Source of the DNA: Dimorphilus gyrociliatus
Lineage: Eukaryota > Animalia > Annelida
Reading direction: 5' to 3'
Length of the DNA: 64,000 bases
NCBI GenBank assembly: GCA_904063045.1
Contig: CAJFCJ010000001.1
Coordinates: forward strand, 1,736,001 to 1,800,000
Shown here one piece after another: positions 56,489-64,000 of this stretch. Position numbers and translations under genes: made by a program. Position 1 is the first letter of the stretch. The number at the start of each line of letters is the position of its first letter. The notes beneath the pieces are model-generated. The model did not search any database, was not told the DNA's origin, and saw only the letters and a list, made by a program, of their open reading frames with translations.

Positions 56489-59300
56489 ATGAAATATATA
56501 ACGAATCTATTACCTTTTTTTGCAATAATAAAGATAACTCTTGGATATTTTGATCTCGAAGATCTACAAAATTCAAAATATAACATAGATTTCGTGAAAA
56601 CTCCTGTCGTTCTGCCAGATGTATGATTTTAGTTTTTCGTTTACTCTTAAAGTTTAAACTTATGAATAAATTTGCAGGAAATCCCTGAAAATGCTGTTAC
56701 AGTAGTAACAAAATTAGGTCAAAAATTCCATTGCATTTACTCCGATCGTGCAGAAGAAGTTGAAAAAGAGAAGGAAGAAGAAATTTCTGCTCTACGAATA
56801 GGCGTTAAAGATTTGTTGAAACCATTAGAAAGCGGACCATGTTTATTTCAGGTTTATACTTTTCTACTGATTGATTTGACCTTTTTTAGAGACATTTTAT
56901 TTGTTATAGACAAAAGATTGGTGGTCTTACGAGTTCTGCTTTGGAAAATACATTAGGCAATATCACATGGAAGGTAAATTAATGATCTTTTGAAACAAAG
57001 AAATAAACAGCTGCTTAACATTGATAACAAAATTATTTTTACTTATTTTTCCTTTCTCTTGCACTTTTAGACAATAAAATTTCCGGAAAGATAATATACT
57101 TAGGATATTATGAATCAGAGTATAACTGGGACAATGAAACGGATAATGAATCAGTAAGGCTCTCTAATATAATATTAACCAGATTGTCATATTTGAATGC
57201 CTTGTTTAGAAAAGTCGTCTTAATAGATATCATAGTCAATATTATACAAATGGTTCAAGTTGCGATGTCACTGGTAAACAGAGAAGAACGGAAGTGAGAG
57301 TATGTTGAAATTGTTATCACAGCAATGATTTCTTATTATGTTGATATATATATATATATATATATACATTGACACAGTTTATATGTGATCACGAAAGCGG
57401 TGATAGGATAGACGATGTGTATGAGCCAGAAACTTGTGTTTACGTATTGACAATACACACAATGAAAATCTGCCATCATCCATATCTAAAAGTAAATATA
57501 TACTGTAAATATATACTGTATATGACGTATTTTAAATGAATAAAATTCATTTAGCCACCAACAAAAAAGAAGGCTACAGTCATCCAATGCAAGCCAGTAG
57601 TCACTCAAGAGCAGTTCAATATTTATGAAGAAGAAAGAAAAGAATGGGAAAGAGATCAGGCAGAAAAGTTGAAAGCCAATGAATTAAAATTAAAAGGTAT
57701 AAGAACAATTTTTGAATATTGTAATATTTTAGCTATTTTTTAACTTATCTTTGATCTTATTTCTAGAAGCTCAGAAAGAGTTGAAAGAAAAGGAAAAAGA
57801 GAAAGAAATAGAAAAAGACGAAAAGCAATTAAATAGTGATAGTAAAACGTCAGAGCAAATAGATAACATCAAAAATAGTAAATTTTCAAAACTACAATCT
57901 GATATAATCAAAGGGGTTAAAGAAATCAATAAAGCAAATCTTAATAATAAAAGTGGGTAAAAACATATTCGTATAACATGGCTTATATTTTTTTTCATTT
58001 TATTGAAAAAGGAGATATTAAAGAATACATTAAAACATTTACAAATATGAAGAAAACGAGAGGTGATACAAGGTTCAAGAAACAACGTAGACAAAAGGGA
58101 GAGGAAAAGTACAAAGACGACTATGATGATGAGGATGACGAAAGTAAAGAGGAAAAGAATAAAAGTAAAATGAAAGAAACTGATTTAACTAAAGACGAAG
58201 AATCAAAGTAAGATAGAAAAATTTTTTCTCATTTTATTAGAATTCTATACAGACAAAATTATTTTAGAAAAGGAGTATTAACCTCTGAAGAAGATAAAGA
58301 AAATGTTGATGAATTCTCAAAAGGATTAAAAAATTTAGGATTAAATGATAGGCAGGAAACAAACTTAGCAAACTCAAAATCAAAAATAAAAGAAGCTGTT
58401 GAAGAACAATTTGAAGATATTCTCAGTGAGGTCAGTTGTATTTTACAATTCTTAAATATGCTCTAAATATATTTGCATTCTCTTTTTAGGCGCAAGAAGA
58501 ACTAGAAAAGGAGGGTGTAGATGTAAAATTAGATAAAAAAGAGACTGCTAGACATTTATCTCAAACTCTTACCAATCTCTTAAATGTATTAGATGAGAAA
58601 AATAATGGTAAGTTTGATAGATAGCTCTAATATGTTAATACTTTAGAATTTTATACTATAAACTCTGTTTTCATCAGATAAAGATAAAAAAAAAACAAAA
58701 GATGATGCAACAGAATCAGAATCTGTTGACGAGAAAGTCGAAGCAACGGATGAAGATTTATCAAATATAAATGAACCGCAGAAAAATGATGCTGAAGGAG
58801 ACAAAGGATCAGCCTCTTCAAGAATACAGGAAGACTTTCAAGAAAAAATGCAAAATCATTTAAAAAAGGCAGGAATAAACACGGACGGTTGGCAAATTTT
58901 TATTTCCTCTTAATTCTTAGTAAAGGGAACTTTCATTTTATAAACAATTTGTTTTAGGTCGTAAAATAACTGTTAAAATAATCTCGTCTAAAACTGGAGA
59001 GGAAATTAAAATAGGTAATGATGAAGCTCTCAGTAAAATGATCATTGCTATATGGGTAAGGTTTATTTTCTTATATTCATTGAAACACATATTTTTTTCT
59101 TCAATCGTTCACAATTTATTTAATAGTCATTTTATTAATTATTTTAGAGCGGTGATGAAGAAGAAATAAAAGAACAACAAAGAGAAAAGAGATTTCAGTT
59201 GTCATATAATAGTAACTGGAAAAGGAAAAGTAAGTTATTCACTCCTCCGGATGATTCTGGAGAAGTCTTAAAAGAAAAGGGTGAAGATGAGGAAACATAA
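56489..59300 (+). CDS. OS9: OS-9 ER lectin (MRH domain), multi-exon
   Basis: Signal peptide, FDLEDLQNSKYNI, CLFQ|TKDWWSYEFCFGKYIRQYH, YHSQYYTNGSSCDVTG, VYEPETCVY, long acidic tail. Confidence 0.9.
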
Positions 59301-59726
59301 ACCAAGTTCAGATACACTCTTAATTTAATTGTTAAAGCGAAAAACTGTTGAATATTTAAAAAAATACTGTTTAATTTTCAAAGTTCACCCTAAATTGATA
59401 ATATTTAAATGTCGAATAAATTTCTAAAACTGAAAATTATTTCACATCACAGTCATAAACTACTTAATAGACGTTGATATCCAAAATTTATGGATCTTTC
59501 ATTAGAATTTTCAAGTTAATTAATGAAATGCGTTATTGTCGTTTCACTATAATTTATATCGTGATGTGAAAAAATGAAAATAAAATATTCGATGTATGAA
59601 ATTAAAAATGGCACTATAGCAACAAATAATAAAAGAAAAAATTTTTGTTACATAAGAGCCGAACCAATAATCATATAAAATGAATATCAATAATCAGCAA
59701 ACTTAACGACTCAGTGTCTTGATAGC

Positions 59727-59732
<6 letters not shown>

Positions 59733-59781
<49 letters not shown>

Positions 59782-59802
59782 TATATAAGCTATATATATA
59801 TA
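59733..59802. repeat. Interrupted (TA)n microsatellite between the OS9 and PRKCSH 3' ends
   Basis: About 70 bp of TA dinucleotides seen directly. Confidence 0.95.
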
Positions 59803-59840
59803 AATGTAATTTTTTTTAAATATCTTTCGTTAAAGTTGTA

Positions 59841-60819
59841 TTACAATTCGTCGTGCTCTGGATCTGTTTTGTTTAAATCAGAGAATGTTTTGCCGCAAGC
59901 TGCTGGTGATTTGAATTGAAATTCGTATTCACATCTAGATGGTTCTGAAGCCGAAATTATTTGATTCTCGGTTCCGCAAGACACTTTAACCTTTTTAAGA
60001 GAAGTTTTACTTATGAGAATTTTGTAAATTCTTTAAATAAACAAGAATAACTTACAACAACGGAACGATCTGGCCCGTTCCAGCAGTTTTGACCCTTCTC
60101 GTATTTCATTGATGAGTAAAGATTATCAGATGGTCCATTCCATAATCCCCAATATCTGATTTCAGTAAAAATTCCATGCAATAAATATTTATTTAAAATT
60201 AAACAGAGTCAGATATATATACCCTAATGTAGTTTCCACTCCTCCATCCTTAGGCCTTTGTGAAGCTCTATCAAATGGGCAAAGCTTATAAGTATATTCT
60301 CTATCAGTGTATTCAATACAGCCGCCTTCCTTGACTTTTTGAAATTCATTGTTAGGTCCATAATCAATTTTGAGATCGGCTTCGATATCACTAAAAAAAA
60401 GACATGTTTATATAGAAAATAACATATTGTTTTAATATTCCTGAAGAAATCCTTACGAAATATCTTTTTTAATATCTTTGATTTTCTGATCAATTTCGTT
60501 GAAACTAGATCTGGCCTGTTCGGCGGCTTCAATTAAGGCTTTGGTTTCGTCGTCATATTCAGGCATTTCATCTTCTGATTCAGTCGGGTTATCTTTGTTT
60601 TCATTGTCAGTTGGGGCTTGATGTGATTCTGGATTATCATTTTCATCATCTGTCTCTTCCTCCTCTTCTTCATCCTGAGGAATGGGTGGTGTGTCTTCAT
60701 CATCCCCTTTCTTTTGCTCAGGTGGCTTGGCTGCGGTATAAATTTCTCTAATTGAAGGCCAAACTTTCTCCATAAACAGAACTTCGTCAATTGTTTCATT
60801 ATCTTCTAAATATTCCTGT

Positions 60820-60853
<34 letters not shown>

Positions 60854-62054
60854 TGTAAAGAGTAATTTTCTGTCAGAACAAACTTAAATATTTAATATCA
60901 CCTTGGCCTCTTCTGACGCTACTTCTCCATTTCTATCTATATCAAACTCTATATGCTTTTGCATCTCTTCGATGGAGACACTTGAGTAATAAAGTTAGAA
61001 TTTTTATAAAAACCAGACTGTGTAAAAGAAATACTAACAGTCCATTGCCGTCACTGTCCAGCTCATGGAAAGCAGTTATGCCCTTTAAGTGAACTTGTTC
61101 GGCATTCTTCTTTTCTTTTTCTTCCTTCCACGCCTGAAAATAAATTCTAATTTTTGAATAATCTCAGTGAAATGTAAGATACTTTACAGCTTCATGCTTT
61201 GCTTTAGCCGCCTTTTCGGGAATTTCTTTTTCCTCTTTTATTCGATTTATTTCATCCCATTGTTTTTGTAGCTCCTCGATATCATTTCCTAATTTTGTTA
61301 ATTGGTCTTCCTGGTTTTTCTTAAACGTTTGGCCCTCACTGCAGTAAGTTTCATAAATTTTATGTCCCTCTTCAAGCAAAATTCGTTCCTTTTCCTTTTC
61401 CTCTCTCAGTTTCGTTCCTCTTGCGCTAAATAAAAACGCAATATAATGTAAAAATAAACAAATTGCATCCCCAACTTACAAACAATCATCTTGACAATTT
61501 GCATTCGAAGCATACTCGTCACTTCCATCACAACAATCTGATGATTAGAATAGAGTTAAATATTTTAGTTTCTTATATTTTAAACATACCACAAATTCCA
61601 TCGTTTACTCTTGACGATACGAGTTTCGTTGGGACAAACCCTTTATTTTCACAAAAGAAGATGCCATTGGAGCATGCTGATGTACCCGGTTCATCACTAC
61701 CATCAGGGCAATCACAATAATCATCATTAATCTTGTCTCTTTCTATAGAAATGGGCGAAGGAACTGCTCTTGAGCCATCCCAAGAAAAACAAGTAAATAA
61801 CCCAGAATCAGTATACAAACTGGCGGCTGTTAAAAGAAACGACATTAAAGAACTAATCGATTATGGCCTCTATTGATACGTCAGCTGTCAATTAACGGCA
61901 ATAAGAAGGTATTACCTGCTGGCATTACGCCTCTCGGAAGATTCGCTGCCGTATATGGTAATTGGATTAGCAAGATTAAAGCAAAGGCCACAATATTACA
62001 TAATTTAAGAGAACTTTTAAGAAAGTTAGTCGAAAACCGAATGGGCGCAGACAT
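59841..62054 (-). CDS. PRKCSH: Glucosidase II beta subunit
   Basis: Signal peptide, [26 protein letters not shown]-hand and acidic stretch, MRH domain (EYTYKLCPF...[15 protein letters not shown]), C-terminal HDEL*. Confidence 0.95.
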
Positions 62055-62190
62055 TTTGGCAGAAAATGATTGGCTGAAAATTGGTTATGACTAAACTCCG
62101 AATAGTCTGATCAATCAAACATTTTATTAAAAACTTTCTTTAATTTGCTATGCATATTCATTTCATGAAAAATTAAATGTAAGAATAAGG

Positions 62191-63528
62191 CTAGGTCAAT
62201 TTAGAAGGTTCGTCGAAACTTTTAGCAATTACTAGCCTTTGTATTTCACTTGTTCCATCGTAGATTTCAGTAACTCTATTGTCACGATATAGTCTTTCAA
62301 CTTTATTTTCAGCCAGATAACCCTCGTTACCTAAGATTTGCATAGCTTGATGAGCACAGAAAGTACCTGTTTCTGAACCCATTACTTTAGCCATTGCACA
62401 ATATTTAGTTGCTTCTGGATGATTTTCATCCAAGAGTTTGGCAGCAGTGTAAATCATTAGTCGTGCGGCCTGAGCTCTACACTCCATTTCTGCAAGTTTA
62501 AGTGAACTAGTTGTACAGTCTGCGGTAGTAATTGGATGAATTTTGTTTCTTCTTAAATATTTAAGAGCTAAGTCTATAGAGTGTCGTGAAGTCCCTAATC
62601 CAATTGAAGCCGCTCCCAATCTAGCTGAATTAAGAGAGGTCATAGCAATTTTGAAACCATCTCCGGGTTTCCCAATGATATTTTCAGCAGGAATTCGAGC
62701 ATTTTCAAAAGTTATTTGACAAGTAGGACTTGCTCTCATTCCAAGTTTATCTTCTAATCTATGAACCGTAGCGTTTTCTAAAGGTTTTGGGACTATAAAA
62801 GAGTTAATTCCCTGAAAAATTAACGAAATTAATACATATAATTGTAATATAAATTGAAAAGATGAGACCTTATGTTGTTTACTTCTATCAGTAGTAGCAA
62901 TAAGGATCATTCCGCCTGGTAAATTCCCGTTGGTGATCCACATTTTACTACCGTTCAGAATCCAATTATCTCCTTCTAATTTTGCAGTTGTTTTTAAACC
63001 TCCAGCATCACTGCCATTCTCTGGTTCACTTAGAGAGAATGAACCAACATATTTTCCGGATAAATGGGGCTTAATATATTTAAGAATTTGTTTTTCACTA
63101 CCAAAAGTGACTAAGGTACCCGTATAGAGGGAGGTATGTCCAGAAACTGATGTTGCTGTTGCTCCACATCCATAGGCAATCTCTTCGGTGAGTAAAGTAC
63201 TGCCTATGTTTCCTAGGCCTGAAAATAAGCAATTTCAAACTATTGATAAAGGCGATAATCTAGATTTGTTCAAAATACCTAAACCACCATACTTCTTGGG
63301 GACTTTGACGTCTAATAGGCCCTCCTTTCCTAGGATTTCGAAGTGTCCTTCGGAAAATTTTCCCTCCTTGTCAGCCTTATCAGCTAAAGGAGCTATTTTC
63401 TTTGCAACAACTTCTCGAGCTTTTTCTCTAAACTCTATCAATGGCTTAGAAAGTAGAAACGAGTCCGTTGAATAATGTTTCCTGTGCTTTATTGCAGCTT
63501 TGCAGAATTTTGAAATGTGACCAGACAT
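62191..63528 (-). CDS. Mitochondrial acyl-CoA dehydrogenase, SCAD-like but divergent; 3 exons
   Basis: Transit peptide, FSLSEPENGSDAGG, GSKMWITNG, KLGMRASPT, TEIYDGTSEIQR. A 57-nt in-frame intron lies within the 62191 ORF. Confidence 0.9.
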
Positions 63529-63856
63529 TTTTTAACTAAGTTCTAAGGAGCAGCAGAAAATACTGTTTTATTGTCATATAGGCTATCTTATCTGAAGCAA
63601 TTTGCTTTGAACTTTGACAAGAGATATACAATTTGTCATTTATTTTAATGCACTTATCTCTAACAAATAATAGAACTTATAGAGGCATAGTAAACAGCCT
63701 TATACTTGTTCTTAATGCAACATACACTTAAAGCTTGTTCCAAATCAAATGTCACATGACCAAATGACACGTGATTCACTAGCAGAAGACAGAGAAAGGC
63801 TAGTTTTCTCTTTATGGAATTCTTCTATCAATTTTTGACTTTATTTGTTATTCGAA

Positions 63857-64000
63857 ATGGATATTGAAGAGTCAAAAATATTTCATAAAATTTTAACAGC
63901 CTTTACTTCATATCGCCCATATGCGAAATCCATGACAGATACATGGAAAAACTGCATAAAAGATCCAGAAACTTTGTCTCTCAATTACCAATCTATAGAT
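63857..64000 (+). CDS. 5' end of a gene running off the window, possibly carnosine N-methyltransferase-like
   Basis: Open frame MDIEESKIFHKILTAFTSYRPYAKSM..., resembling the recalled CARNMT1 segment EHFWKIINAFRYY; only 48 codons visible. Confidence 0.35.
   Translation, partial: MDIEESKIFHKILTAFTSYRPYAKSMTDTWKNCIKDPETLSLNYQSID

Noticed and set aside
60224-60532. Apparent frameshift in the PRKCSH MRH exon
   Set aside because: The listed ORF is the wrong frame; the spliced frame [19 protein letters not shown] is continuous.

Overview
AT-rich, very gene-dense eukaryotic (metazoan) DNA: about 30 protein genes in 64 kb, introns mostly 50-80 nt, many head-to-head promoters and tail-to-tail ends. 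The compact architecture and gene set suggest a miniaturised invertebrate genome such as the annelid Dimorphilus gyrociliatus (inference only). Gene models were reconstructed by hand from GT/GC-AG boundaries; family assignments are from recalled motifs, not database searches. Housekeeping genes: COPA, ALG1, MAGOH, ABCC/MRP, USB1, YJU2, MINDY4-like, TOP1, PEX7, MRPL19, DYNLT1, CNOT1, MRPL38, EAF, OS9, PRKCSH. The most interesting items are largely invisible in the ORF track. (1) Two partial gene duplicates with intact reading frames, a cap-domain-only TOP1 and an internally deleted YJU2 next to a decayed USB1, each sharing 100%-identical blocks with its parent amid old divergence. (2) A SMIM4/UQCC5-BRAWNIN/UQCC6 bicistron with a 1-nt spacer. 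(3) An intronless bacterial-looking (alpha/alpha)6-barrel gene just downstream of a hidden CEBPZOS microprotein gene. (4) A GT61 enzyme resembling plant core beta-1,2-xylosyltransferase. (5) An SCAD-like dehydrogenase with Asp in place of the catalytic Glu. No CRISPR array, transposon, rRNA or tRNA could be supported.
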